A stretch of DNA of 64,000 nt from contig JACDOJ010000007.1 in assembly GCA_017656135.1 (NCBI GenBank), forward strand, positions 975-64,974, in the 5' to 3' direction. The notes below the pieces were generated by a model. The model saw only the letters and a list, made by a program, of their open reading frames with translations, did not search any database and was not told the DNA's origin. The position numbers were made by a program, and so were the translations under genes. Below, piece by piece: positions 48,940-58,880 of the stretch; positions within the stretch are counted from its first letter, which is position 1; each line of letters begins with the position of its first letter. The DNA comes from Bacillota bacterium. GTDB lineage: Bacteria > Bacillota > UBA5301.

Positions 48940-49650
48940 TCAAGGCGCAGGTGGGAATGTGCGTTTGTGCTGGCTTTTCTCCTCTAAACGGCGGATCCGG
49001 AGCAGGGTTTCTTCGGGCAGCTCCCGGCCGCTCAGGTAGGCGTCGATCTCAGCGTAGGTGACGCCAAGCTCAGCCTCGTCAGTCTGCCCCGGCCACAGAC
49101 CGGCGGAGGGGGGCTTGGCGATGATTTTCTCCGGTACCCCCAGAAATCTGGCCAACTCCCGCACTTGGGTTTTGGTCAATTCGGCCAGGGGTCTGAGGTC
49201 ACAGGCGCTGTCCCCCCACTTGGTGAAGTAACCGACAGCGATCTCACTCTTGTTGGAGGTTCCGACAACCAAGTAATTGCGTTCGTTGGCAACCAGGTAA
49301 AGAGCGCTCATCCTCAGGCGGGCCTTGAGATTGGCTAGGGCCAGTTTAGAGGGGGATAGATCGGCGAAGATTTCCCTGAACTTTTGATAAGCAGGGGTGA
49401 GGTCGTATTTTTGCACCACAATGCCCATAGCCTCGGCGATCAAACGGGCATCGGCCTCATCCTGCTCCTGACTTTCGCAGGGTAAAATCAGCCCCAGCGC
49501 ATTGGAACCGAAGGCACTTTTGGCCAAGGCCCCGACCACAGCCGAGTCAACTCCCCCGCTGAGCCCGAAGACCACGCCTTTGCCGCCGGCCGCTTCTACT
49601 TTTTCCTTCAACCAATCTGTGATCTTAACCGCTTCCTGATGGATTGCCAA
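48940..49650 (-). CDS. nadE: NH3-dependent NAD+ synthetase
   Basis: PP-loop GLSGGVDS; approx. 236 aa. Confidence 0.85.
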   Translation of the reverse strand: MAIHQEAVKITDWLKEKVEAAGGKGVVFGLSGGVDSAVVGALAKSAFGSNALGLILPCESQEQDEADARLIAEAMGIVVQKYDLTPAYQKFREIFADLSPSKLALANLKARLRMSALYLVANERNYLVVGTSNKSEIAVGYFTKWGDSACDLRPLAELTKTQVRELARFLGVPEKIIAKPPSAGLWPGQTDEAELGVTYAEIDAYLSGRELPEETLLRIRRLEEKSQHKRTFPPAP

Positions 49651-49785
49651 GGATTTCCCTTCTCTCTTGCAGTGATACCGGTTTTCGGAAGAAACCTTTC
49701 TTTTCCAAAGCCTCTAACTCCTGCTTAGCTCTGATCGCTTTACTATGGGCCAGCTTATAGGTATAATAAGCGCGAGGTGGAACCG

Positions 49786-50253
49786 ATGTACAAGATCGTC
49801 TTGGTTGAGCCGGAGATAGCCCCCAACACCGGCAATGTGGCCCGGCTCTGTGCAGCAACCCGCACCGAGCTGCATCTGGTGCACCCTTTGGGTTTCGTAC
49901 TAAATGATCGGAAGGTAAAAAGGGCGGGGTTGGATTACTGGTCCCTGGTGACGATCAGAGAGCACAACTCCCTGGACCACTTCTGGCAGCACCTTGAAGC
50001 GGAAGGGGCAGGGTTTCACCTGCTGAGCACGAAAGGAAACCGCAGCTACACAGAGGTCAGCTACCGGCCTGGCGATTATCTGATTTTTGGTCCGGAAACC
50101 CGAGGACTCCCGGAAGAACTACTGAAACGCTACTGGGAGCACACCTTACGGATTCCCATGTACTCCGAGGCCAGATCCCTCAACCTCTCCAATTCCGTGG
50201 CCATCGTCACCTATGAGGCTCTGAGGCAGCAGGGCTTTCCAGGTTTGATTTAG
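49786..50253 (+). CDS. trmL: tRNA (cytidine/uridine-2'-O)-methyltransferase (SpoU/TrmL family)
   Basis: MYKIVLVEPEIAPNTGNVARLC SPOUT motif. ATG at 49786 with GAGGTGG RBS. Confidence 0.8.
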   Translation: MYKIVLVEPEIAPNTGNVARLCAATRTELHLVHPLGFVLNDRKVKRAGLDYWSLVTIREHNSLDHFWQHLEAEGAGFHLLSTKGNRSYTEVSYRPGDYLIFGPETRGLPEELLKRYWEHTLRIPMYSEARSLNLSNSVAIVTYEALRQQGFPGLI

Positions 50254-50266
50254 ACGGATCAGCCTG

Positions 50267-51652
50267 CTAGCTGAGACCTAGCTTACCGCCCACCACTGAC
50301 AGAGCCAGTTTTCCGAAACCTTTGTTCTTAGCCAATAGGTGATCCAGGGAATTCAGGACCTGATCCACCTCGGCTTTGGTCACCACCAAAGGGGGCTCCA
50401 TCCTGATGACATTGGGATTGTTCAAGGTGTAGGCGGTGAGGATGGCGTGCTTATTTAATAGCTCCCCAGCAACGAGGCCGCCGACATATTCCTCGCTGAG
50501 CCTGCTTAAAAGACTTGACCCCATCCGAGAGAAAAGCGACTTTTTTCCGGAGCCGTTAAACTCCAAACCTATCAAAAGGCCCCGACCCCGAACTTCTTTA
50601 ATAATAGGATACTTTTCAGCAAGCTCAGTTAATTGGTTTAAGAAATACGTGCCCAGCTCGTCGGCTTTGCCCGCCAGGTCTTCCTCCACCAGCACTTCTA
50701 AAGCGGCGAGCCCTGCCGCCATGGCAGCTGTATTTCCGCCAAAGGTGGAGGTGTGCAGTAGCGCCTTCTCCAGTCCGCCGTAGGCAGCCTCCCAGACCTC
50801 GTCGGTGCAGCCGAAGGCACCTAAGGGCAGGTAACCTGCGCCTATGGATTTGGCCAGGCAGATGATATCCGGTTCCACCTCTTCCCACTGGGCGGCGAAG
50901 AACTTGCCGGTTCGGCCGAAACCGGTCTGGATCTCATCCAGAATCAACAGGGCCCCATACCGCTGGCAGAGTTTCTTGGCAGCCTTGAGGTACCCGGCCG
51001 GAGGCACCAAGACGCCCCCTTCTCCTTGAATCGGCTCCAGGATGACCGCCGCCACCTCGGTGCTTTCAAGCAGAGCCTCCAGGGCATCGGCATCTCCGTA
51101 GGGAACCTTCAAGGTGTTCGGGAGCAGGGAACCGAAGGCTTTACGGTATTTATCCCGCCCGGTCACTGAGAGGGCCCCGAAAGTCTTCCCGTGAAAAGCC
51201 CCCTCGGCGTAGATGATGGCATCCCGGCCGGTGGCGGCCCGGGCAGTTTTAAGGGCGCCCTCTACCGCCTCAGCCCCGCTGTTGCCGAAGAAAAAGCGGT
51301 TAATCTTCCCGGGAGTCAACCGGCTCAGATTATGGGCCAAAGCTGCTGCCAAGGGGTTCAAAGCCGCCGGCACGATCTTAGGCCGCTCAGCCACTTCTTC
51401 CAGGGCTGCGATGACTCTAGGGTGGTTGTGGCCGATGTTCACGGCCCCATAGCCGCCTAAAAAGTCCAAGTAGGCCCGGCCGTCCCGGTCATAGAGGTAA
51501 ACCCCTTCCGCCCGGACGAAAGCCTTATTGAAGTTAAGCAGGTTCAGCATCTTGGCCATCCCTGGGTTGACGTGGTCCTTGTATTCGGCGTAAGTCCGCT
51601 CTCTGTCCCAGGTCAGGGCATCTTCTAAAGTAACCAGTCCATCCATGAACAA
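50267..51652 (-). CDS. Class III (PLP-dependent) aminotransferase
   Basis: GNSGAEAVE and DEIQTGFGRTG motifs. Confidence 0.8.
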   Translation of the reverse strand: MFMDGLVTLEDALTWDRERTYAEYKDHVNPGMAKMLNLLNFNKAFVRAEGVYLYDRDGRAYLDFLGGYGAVNIGHNHPRVIAALEEVAERPKIVPAALNPLAAALAHNLSRLTPGKINRFFFGNSGAEAVEGALKTARAATGRDAIIYAEGAFHGKTFGALSVTGRDKYRKAFGSLLPNTLKVPYGDADALEALLESTEVAAVILEPIQGEGGVLVPPAGYLKAAKKLCQRYGALLILDEIQTGFGRTGKFFAAQWEEVEPDIICLAKSIGAGYLPLGAFGCTDEVWEAAYGGLEKALLHTSTFGGNTAAMAAGLAALEVLVEEDLAGKADELGTYFLNQLTELAEKYPIIKEVRGRGLLIGLEFNGSGKKSLFSRMGSSLLSRLSEEYVGGLVAGELLNKHAILTAYTLNNPNVIRMEPPLVVTKAEVDQVLNSLDHLLAKNKGFGKLALSVVGGKLGLS

Positions 51653-51719
51653 AGCCTCCTAGACAAGCGATTTCTATAATATACTAGAATTCGCCTTTTT
51701 GGAGGCCTTATTCCTCTAT

Positions 51720-52850
51720 TTACAGGGCGTATTTGTTCACCGCAACCCCAGCTTGTACCAGCCCAACCCCTTGGTGCTGGGGTGAGAAGTTAGGCAAGAG
51801 GTGGGCACTGCGCTTTAAGATGGACTTGATGTCAGCAAGGGTGTAGTTGCGGTGCAAGGCTTTGAGCAGGGCTATCGTTCCGGTCACATGCGGAGTGGCC
51901 ATGGAGGTCCCGCTCAAGATGGTGTACTTGCTGCCTAGGTAAGTGGAATTGATGTCAACTCCGGGGGCAGATATATCCACCTCCGGACCGCGGCTGCTGA
52001 AGTCGGCTATCCGGTCATTCTGATCGCTGGCGGCCACAGCTATAGTTTCTGGGTACTTAGCGGGATAATCGATGGAGGTGTTGTCCGGACCGCTGTTTCC
52101 GGCTGCGGCCACGATGATGATCCCTTTGGAAGCAGCGATTCTTACCGCTTCAGCAAAGGTTTCACTGGAGTCAGAAGCACCCAGACTCATATTGATGATA
52201 TCCACGCCCTGTTCAATACACCACTGGATTCCGGCAACCACGTCTGAGAGGGAACCGCTCCCGTTGCTGTCTAAGACCTTGACCGGATACAGTACTACCT
52301 CAGGCGATACGCCCACCACCCCAAAATCATTATCTGAAGCGGCAATGATGCCTGCAACATGGGTGCCGTGGCCGTTGTCATCATTGGCGTTTTTCGTCAG
52401 TGTAATGGTGTTGAAACCTTTGTCTATCCTATCCTTAAGATCAGGGTGGCCCAATTGGATGCCGGTATCGATCACCGCCACTTTGACCTGGGCTCCTTTG
52501 GAAACAGGCCAGGCCTCAGGGGCACCTATTCGTTTGACTCCCCAGTCCATTTCCTGTGGTTTAGCGGATGGGCGGCTCTTTTTACTGAGAAAAAAATCCA
52601 GACACGAGGTATGGAAGCGGATATCATCCTCGACCCGTTTAATTTTAGCACTGGCCTCTAGCTTTGCAGTCAAAGTGACGTCTGGCAAAATGCAGACCAA
52701 CCCGTGCACTAACGGAAGCTCTTTGACCACCTCGCCTCCTAAATCCCGTATCTTTTGCCGGCATTCTGCTAGATCCTGGTCGTTGCGGCAGATCAGGATC
52801 TTCCTGGCTCCCTCTGTCACCTCTTTTTGTCGCCATATTTTTTTAAACAT
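51720..52850 (-). CDS. Subtilisin-like serine protease (S8) with N-terminal I9 propeptide, no signal peptide
   Basis: Catalytic D (VIDTGI), H (HGTHVAGIIAA) and S (GTSMATPHVTG). Confidence 0.8.
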   Translation of the reverse strand: MFKKIWRQKEVTEGARKILICRNDQDLAECRQKIRDLGGEVVKELPLVHGLVCILPDVTLTAKLEASAKIKRVEDDIRFHTSCLDFFLSKKSRPSAKPQEMDWGVKRIGAPEAWPVSKGAQVKVAVIDTGIQLGHPDLKDRIDKGFNTITLTKNANDDNGHGTHVAGIIAASDNDFGVVGVSPEVVLYPVKVLDSNGSGSLSDVVAGIQWCIEQGVDIINMSLGASDSSETFAEAVRIAASKGIIIVAAAGNSGPDNTSIDYPAKYPETIAVAASDQNDRIADFSSRGPEVDISAPGVDINSTYLGSKYTILSGTSMATPHVTGTIALLKALHRNYTLADIKSILKRSAHLLPNFSPQHQGVGLVQAGVAVNKYAL

Positions 52851-52960
52851 ACACGTTTCCTCCGTAGTAGAACGTTGTCCTACTACAGACTACGTAGTAA
52901 AGAGGCGATGTGCGAACAAAACCCGGAAATTTTTAGTAAAACCTGGGTACACTGAAGTAG

Positions 52961-52994
52961 AAAAGGCCGAAGGGTAATATCCCCTCGGCCTTTT
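52961..52994. terminator. Bidirectional terminator between the subtilase and AOR genes
   Basis: AAAAGGCCGAAGGG..CCCCTCGGCCTTTT. Confidence 0.65.
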
Positions 52995-53016
52995 CCGCTA
53001 GGACAGGACAGTGTCT

Positions 53017-55116
53017 CTAGCCCAACAAGTTTGCTTTTTCCAGCCTATCGGCAACGTCCTTGAGCCCTAACCTCTCCAGGGTCTCCCGGGTGGGAAGACC
53101 TTCTTTGTTCCAACCGCAGACCTCATAGAAGAGATCTTTGGCCTTTTCAATGTCCTCCCTGGGGAAACGCTGGCTCCCTGGGGTGAAGGGCTCCGGCCCC
53201 TCTTCATAGAGCCAGTCTGGTGCCGTATCGTGTTCATTACGCATATCTCTGGTGTTCATCTGCATGATGGTCAAGGCGCGGTGCAGGTTGAAGATCCGCT
53301 CGGCGTACAGGTCCAACTCCTCTTCCGTAACCTCAATGCCCGTGGCCAAGCTAAAGTATTTGGCTTCCAGGCTGGTATCACCCCTGTAACCTCTCTCTTT
53401 CAGCGGAGAAGCAACCCACGGGTACATCCAGTTGCAGAGGGAGAGGCTGTCGTGAAGTTCCTTCTTAATAGAAGCCCACTTGGCAGCCAAGGCTTTGTAT
53501 TTGTTCATCGGGGTATAGTTTTTCGGTGCATCGATGGCATCCGGTGAACCCCAGACCTCTGCGGCCAGTTTCTTCTGCACGTCGATAGGTAGACCGTTCT
53601 GGATGAAGTTCTGGAAAGAGTGGTTTTGGGAATCCCTGTTGTACTGCATGTTGATCAGGGCACCAACCTGACCGCTGCTTTCCACGGAGTGGTGGTAGGG
53701 GTGGCCCATCTTCCAGTACTTCCACTTGAATTTCTTGTAGAAGTCATCCGGAATTCCCCATTTTTTCATGGTCTTCAGGGTACTGTCTCCTAAGTCTTTA
53801 CCTAAGACACCCTCTTTGTAGGCGATTCGCCGGTAGAAGTCCAGCAAGAACTCAGGGTCACCGTTTTCCCACAGCTCCCAAGGAATGCTCTTGTATTCGT
53901 CCTCCGGTAGGATCTTCTCCAGCATACCGTGGGTGGCAGCATAGTTGAAGACCTTCTGCATCAAGGCATAGTTGTCCCAAACACCCAGGTCGTTTACGAT
54001 GTGGCTGCCCAGGACCATAGCCTCACTGGCCTTCAGGTCGCCATCGGGCCCGGGGAACTCATGAAAGACCTGGCGCGGCGAATACCAACCCATGCAGGTG
54101 TTGGCGGCATATTTGCTGTATCCGTACTTTTCCTCTACCGGAGCGTACTCGATCTGAGCGTGGCACCTGATGGGGCAGGCGTGGCAACCGCCCATCCGAA
54201 CGGTGTGTTTCTCGCCAAAGTCGTTGCCGAAATCTTTGGCTCCCTTGTGGCAGCGCAGACCAATGCTGTGCATGTCGTGAGGATCACAGGTACCGGTTTC
54301 TACCGGCGGGTTGGCTGCACCCCAGAACACGCCTTTGCTGGCGGTCCAGCGGCTTCCCGGCCAGTGGTATTCCGCCCAGGGCTGGGGGGTGCTGGGAACA
54401 ACGTGCTGGTTGTTGGAACCGATTAAGGTCAGGGAGTACTGGATAAGCTTCTTCCATTCCTTCTTATCGGCAGCGATTTTCACAGAACCGGTTCCGCGGA
54501 CACCGATGGCTTTCAGGTTCTTGGAACCCATGACACCACCAACACCGCCTGCAGAGTGGGAGTAACCAGTGATAACGACGGCATTGGGTACCATGTTTTC
54601 ACCAGCCGGACCGATAGCAGCTACCTGAGCCTCAGGTCCCATCTCGGCGTTGATTTCAGCAGTGGTTCGATAAACACCGCTACCCCAAAGCCTACGGGCA
54701 TCTTTCAGTTCAACTTTGTCATCTTCGATACACAGCCAGACCGGGTGGGGTGCTTTACCCTCGATGATGATGGAATCCCAACCGGCAAATTTCAGCTCGG
54801 CCGCAAAGTGACCGCCCATGTGTCCGGAAGCCACATAAGTATCAGGGTAACAAACCGGCCAGATTGTAGTAATTGCGGTTCGACTGTTGCAAGGAGCTCC
54901 GGTGCCGGCCAACGGACCTACACCAAAGACAATCTTGTTGGCTTCATCGAAGGCACGAGTACCGATGGGTACTTCATCCCAGAGAACTTTATAACCGATA
55001 CCGGTACCGCCTAAGAAGTCGCCGTATTTCGCTAATGTATCTTCAGCAGTGATTTTCCCGGTCGTCAAGTTAACCCTGAGGGTCTTACCGGTAAATCCAC
55101 CTTTGGCTTTTACCAT
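53017..55116 (-). CDS. Aldehyde:ferredoxin oxidoreductase family (tungsten/molybdopterin) enzyme, long form
   Basis: AOR N-terminal domain (MVKAKGGFTGKTLRVNLTTGKI..). Conserved AOR core. 699 aa. Confidence 0.8.
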   Translation of the reverse strand: MVKAKGGFTGKTLRVNLTTGKITAEDTLAKYGDFLGGTGIGYKVLWDEVPIGTRAFDEANKIVFGVGPLAGTGAPCNSRTAITTIWPVCYPDTYVASGHMGGHFAAELKFAGWDSIIIEGKAPHPVWLCIEDDKVELKDARRLWGSGVYRTTAEINAEMGPEAQVAAIGPAGENMVPNAVVITGYSHSAGGVGGVMGSKNLKAIGVRGTGSVKIAADKKEWKKLIQYSLTLIGSNNQHVVPSTPQPWAEYHWPGSRWTASKGVFWGAANPPVETGTCDPHDMHSIGLRCHKGAKDFGNDFGEKHTVRMGGCHACPIRCHAQIEYAPVEEKYGYSKYAANTCMGWYSPRQVFHEFPGPDGDLKASEAMVLGSHIVNDLGVWDNYALMQKVFNYAATHGMLEKILPEDEYKSIPWELWENGDPEFLLDFYRRIAYKEGVLGKDLGDSTLKTMKKWGIPDDFYKKFKWKYWKMGHPYHHSVESSGQVGALINMQYNRDSQNHSFQNFIQNGLPIDVQKKLAAEVWGSPDAIDAPKNYTPMNKYKALAAKWASIKKELHDSLSLCNWMYPWVASPLKERGYRGDTSLEAKYFSLATGIEVTEEELDLYAERIFNLHRALTIMQMNTRDMRNEHDTAPDWLYEEGPEPFTPGSQRFPREDIEKAKDLFYEVCGWNKEGLPTRETLERLGLKDVADRLEKANLLG

Positions 55117-55137
55117 CTCTCTTTACCTCCCCTAATT

Positions 55138-55866
55138 TTAGTGACAAGTTTTGCAGTCATCAGTTACAGCCATCATGCCGGCCTGACGCGGACGATAATT
55201 CTTAGTCAGGTCGCGCCAGGGTACATACCTCAGGCTGCCGGTGGGGCAAGCTTCCACACACTGGGGTTTGCCGTCGCACAAAGTACACTTGGTGGCTTTG
55301 CCAATTTCCTCGTCGAAGCTCATCATATCCCAAGGGCAAGCCCGCTGACAGATCTTGCAGCCAACGCATTTCTCGGTGTTGACCACCCGAGCGTTGACCG
55401 GACCTTTGACCTCAATGGCATCATTGGGGCAAGCGGTTGCGCAGGGTACTGGATGGGGGCACTGTTTGCACATATCCTGAATAATCAGAAAGTCGCCGTA
55501 TTTACCATGACCTCTCTTGAACCCGAACTGGGTACCTTGAGGACCATAGTTCAAGTTGCGGGCGACTTTGATCCTGGAGATAGTGGGGCAGGATTTGCCG
55601 TCATTATACTCGGTACAGGCAAGTTCGCAGCGGCGGCAGCCTACGCACCGACTGGGGTCGGAAACCAACACACCCTTAGCATCTTCAAGAATGAATACGC
55701 TTTTAGCCTCGACTTTGTCATTGCCGTCAGCTAAAATGTTGGCACCATAAATAGCAACAGCAGTAGCCGCGGATAACTTCAGAAATCCACGACGGGATGT
55801 CGGCTTATTCACGTTGAAAAACTCAACAATGCTTTCAACGGCGCCGGTTTTTTTCTCGTCTTTCAT
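55138..55866 (-). CDS. Tat-signal 4x[4Fe-4S] ferredoxin-type electron-transfer subunit (DmsB/HybA-like)
   Basis: Twin-arginine SRRGFLKLSAATAVA. Four Cys clusters (CVGCRRCELAC, CKQCPHPVPCATACP, CVGCKICQRACP, CTLCDGKPQCVEACP). Confidence 0.8.
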   Translation of the reverse strand: MKDEKKTGAVESIVEFFNVNKPTSRRGFLKLSAATAVAIYGANILADGNDKVEAKSVFILEDAKGVLVSDPSRCVGCRRCELACTEYNDGKSCPTISRIKVARNLNYGPQGTQFGFKRGHGKYGDFLIIQDMCKQCPHPVPCATACPNDAIEVKGPVNARVVNTEKCVGCKICQRACPWDMMSFDEEIGKATKCTLCDGKPQCVEACPTGSLRYVPWRDLTKNYRPRQAGMMAVTDDCKTCH

Positions 55867-56059
55867 CGTCTATTACCTCCCTTAAATTTTTTACTTTCAC
55901 AGAGACGACCCCCATCTCCGACATCAATATGGTGGAAGATTTCACAATCTTCTTTGCGCGGTAAATTTTCTAGCTCCAAACTGTGACGCCTGCTAGGGGA
56001 GCACCAATGGGATGGCTCCGGTTATCAATTGGTATTACTGTTGCATAAGAGGGAAAAAG

Positions 56060-56109
56060 AGAGCGAAAAGAAAGAAGAAAAGATAACCGGGGGCATAACC
56101 CCCCCGGTT
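56060..56109 (-). terminator. Rho-independent terminator after the acidic protein gene
   Basis: AACCGGGGGGGTTATGCCCCCGGTT hairpin plus T-rich run on the minus strand. Confidence 0.65.
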
Positions 56110-56147
56110 GGTGATAATTGGCAATTGCTTACAGTATAAGTTAATAT

Positions 56148-56789
56148 TTATTGACTTTCATACTGCCCAACCTCGTACCATTCGGTCAGGGAATCGGCAT
56201 GCTGTTTCTGCATATAGCGGGTGGAGTAGAGATAGCGGGCATCATTGGAGGCCACCGAAAGCTGAATGTCGGCGTACTCATCCTCATCTGCCACGAGCTC
56301 TTCAACAATGGTTTCCAGGATTTCCGGTGGAATCCGGAACGGCGGCAGAGTAAAGATTTTTATGGCAGTAGGACGGGGATAGAGTTTTGATTCCTCCCGG
56401 ACAGTGTCGGCCACCAGCTGCTTGGGATCGTTCTCCTCCCGGGCCATGACGGTCCTGGCGTACCTCTCCACCATCTGGGCTTCGGAGTAGAGATAGACTG
56501 TGCCGCTGCCCCCAGTCAAAGACTTGATTTCTTCGACTTCCAATAGACGTTTTTTCAGCTCTTCTTGTTCTTCCTCTTCCAAGTCTTCTCCCAGATCAAC
56601 CTCGGAGAGTTTGGTCAATTCTCCTTGCTGCGACTTCCGGCGGATCTCGTCAACCAGCCGGTCTAGATGTTCCGCCAAGAGGGCCTCTCTGGCCTCAGCT
56701 TCTTTGTCAGCTTCCGGCTCTTGTGCCTCCTCCTGGATATCGCTGTGAGGAATATCGGCATCAGAATGGCGATGTCCTTCTGCAGTCAT
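56148..56789 (-). CDS. Highly acidic hypothetical protein
   Basis: 213-aa ORF rich in E/D with predicted coiled-coil N-half; no recognisable motif. Confidence 0.4.
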   Translation of the reverse strand: MTAEGHRHSDADIPHSDIQEEAQEPEADKEAEAREALLAEHLDRLVDEIRRKSQQGELTKLSEVDLGEDLEEEEQEELKKRLLEVEEIKSLTGGSGTVYLYSEAQMVERYARTVMAREENDPKQLVADTVREESKLYPRPTAIKIFTLPPFRIPPEILETIVEELVADEDEYADIQLSVASNDARYLYSTRYMQKQHADSLTEWYEVGQYESQ

Positions 56790-56958
56790 AACATCAACCC
56801 CTTTCTACCCGGGAGTATACCAAAATCGTGCCAAGCTGAACAGCATCTGAACTTTTTTTATTATTTTTACACTCTTTTTGAAATATTTTTATTTTGCAAC
56901 AGGATACCCCACCTCTGCCATCGAAGTGTTATTATACTACAACGTCAGGGGCGCTGAC

Positions 56959-57813
56959 ATGATTACCGTCAACACTCCTTTGTACTTATTAAATAGAATC
57001 AAGGCCATCCGCCCTTCCCTACCCCGGGCCCAGGCTAAACTGGCAGAATTCATCATCGAGAATTTCAGCGAGATCAGTGATCTTTCTGTCACTGAGCTAG
57101 CCTCTCTGGCAGGTGTTAGCGAAGGAACAATTGTCAAATTCTGTCAAAGCCTGGGCTGCCAGGGGTATTCTGATTTCCGGCTGCGGGCTGCCGAAGAGGC
57201 CGCCATCACCGTGCCGGACCTTTTTTATCAGGTGACGGAAGAAGATTCCCTGGAGGGAATTGCCGCTAAAGTCTTCCGCTCCAACATCACCAGCCTGGAG
57301 GAAACCCTCCGGTCTCTGGATTTCAACGAGCTCTCCCGTTGTGTAGAGGCCATCAAGACGGCAAGGCGGATCGAGTTCTACGCAGTAGGCAGCTCGGCCT
57401 TTGTCGCCGGGGAAGCCGCCCTGAAACTCTCCAAACTTGGTTACACCTGCATTTTCCGGAATGATCCGCACAATCAGGCGATGTTCGCAGCTCATTTAGG
57501 AACAAATGACCTGGCAGTGGGGGTTTCCCGCTCCGGACGCACCTTGGACACTATTAATTCGCTGCGCATCGCCAGGGAGGCCGGAGCCGTCACCGCCTGC
57601 TTGACCAATTACTCGGCGGCGCCGATTCTCGCAGTCAGTGATATTAAACTCATTACTTCTTCCTATGACAAGAGTTTCCACGCCGAGCCGATGGCCTCAA
57701 TGTTAAGCCATTTCTCCATCATCCAGTGTCTCTTCCTGGCTCTGGCCATGGAGGACAAAGCCCTGGAATACCTGAAGAAAACCCAGTTAGCAACAGAAGA
57801 CAAACACTGTTAG
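56959..57813 (+). CDS. RpiR-family transcriptional regulator (HTH + SIS domain)
   Basis: N-terminal HTH_6 (LAKLAEFIIENFSEISDLSVTELASLAGVSEGTIVKFCQSLG). C-terminal SIS domain. ATG at 56959. Confidence 0.8.
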   Translation: MITVNTPLYLLNRIKAIRPSLPRAQAKLAEFIIENFSEISDLSVTELASLAGVSEGTIVKFCQSLGCQGYSDFRLRAAEEAAITVPDLFYQVTEEDSLEGIAAKVFRSNITSLEETLRSLDFNELSRCVEAIKTARRIEFYAVGSSAFVAGEAALKLSKLGYTCIFRNDPHNQAMFAAHLGTNDLAVGVSRSGRTLDTINSLRIAREAGAVTACLTNYSAAPILAVSDIKLITSSYDKSFHAEPMASMLSHFSIIQCLFLALAMEDKALEYLKKTQLATEDKHC

Positions 57814-57828
57814 AAAGGAAGGAGCGCG

Positions 57829-58875
57829 ATGTCACAATTTCTGCAAGATATCAAAAACCAACCCAGGGTGCTCTCAGAGTGTTTCCGGCAGTACATCGGG
57901 GAATACCGTGAGCGCCTGCAAATACTCTCCAGCTGGCGGGAGAAGGCTCCCAAAGCGCCGGTGGTCTTTGTCGGCATGGGCAGCTCCCTGTACGCTCCCC
58001 TGGCGGTTACCCCCTTTCTCAACCGGCAGGGCATACCCACCTACATCAAAGAGGCGGGAGAACTCTTTCACTACGGTCTGGATGGGATACCCCAGGATGC
58101 ACTGGTGATAGCGGTCTCCCAGTCCGGTGAGAGCATCGAAACCAAAAACGTGGTCGAAGCTTTGCAGGGCCGGCACAAGCTGGTCGCTATCACCAACCAC
58201 ACCGAAAGCTCCATCGCCAAAGAGGCGGACCTGGTCCTGCCGATGTTTGCCGGTGAGGAGGCGGCCGCTTCCACCAAGACTTTTGTCGCCAGCATTCTCG
58301 TTCTCTACCTAGCAAGCAAGGCTCTGTTCAACCAGCCTATCGAAACCGAGGCTGAGAAAATCCAGGCAGCCATCTCCGGCCTAGAGAAACTCACCGGGGA
58401 GCTGATCGAAGAAATCGGTACCTACCTAGAATTCCTCGGCGGAATTGAGAGCTTAAACGTCATCGGCAGGGGACCGACCCTGGCCAGCGTTTACCATGGA
58501 GCATTGATTATGAAGGAAACCGCCGGGGCCCATGCCGAGGGCTTAGCCGGAGGTACCTTCCGGCACGGTCCCTTGGAACTGGCTGGACCGGGACACCGAG
58601 CAATTATTATGGCCCCCACCGGAAAAACCAGTGAACTCGGAATTAATCTCTCTAGAGAGCTGGCGGAATACGGCTCAAAAGTACTTCTCCTCAGCGACCA
58701 GAAAGTTCCCGGTCATAAGAATATGGAACAAATAGTCATGCCGGCAGTAGAGGAAGATCTGGCTTCCATCTTATACATTTTGCCGTTGGAGCTCCTGGCT
58801 TGGGATAACGCCCGGCGGATGGGCTGGAACCCTGGCATCCCCCGCCTGATTACCAAAGTCACAATAAGGGAGTAA
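57829..58875 (+). CDS. Double-SIS-domain sugar-phosphate isomerase/deglycase (GlmS C-term/AgaS/FrlB-like)
   Basis: Two SIS domains (VVFVGMGSS.., ..SQSGESIET..). 348 aa. Confidence 0.75.
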   Translation: MSQFLQDIKNQPRVLSECFRQYIGEYRERLQILSSWREKAPKAPVVFVGMGSSLYAPLAVTPFLNRQGIPTYIKEAGELFHYGLDGIPQDALVIAVSQSGESIETKNVVEALQGRHKLVAITNHTESSIAKEADLVLPMFAGEEAAASTKTFVASILVLYLASKALFNQPIETEAEKIQAAISGLEKLTGELIEEIGTYLEFLGGIESLNVIGRGPTLASVYHGALIMKETAGAHAEGLAGGTFRHGPLELAGPGHRAIIMAPTGKTSELGINLSRELAEYGSKVLLLSDQKVPGHKNMEQIVMPAVEEDLASILYILPLELLAWDNARRMGWNPGIPRLITKVTIRE

Positions 58876-58880
58876 GCGCC

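Noticed and set aside
55141-55734. 197-aa plus-strand ORF opposite the Tat-ferredoxin gene
   Set aside because: Antisense to a gene with four canonical Cys clusters and a Tat signal. No independent support.
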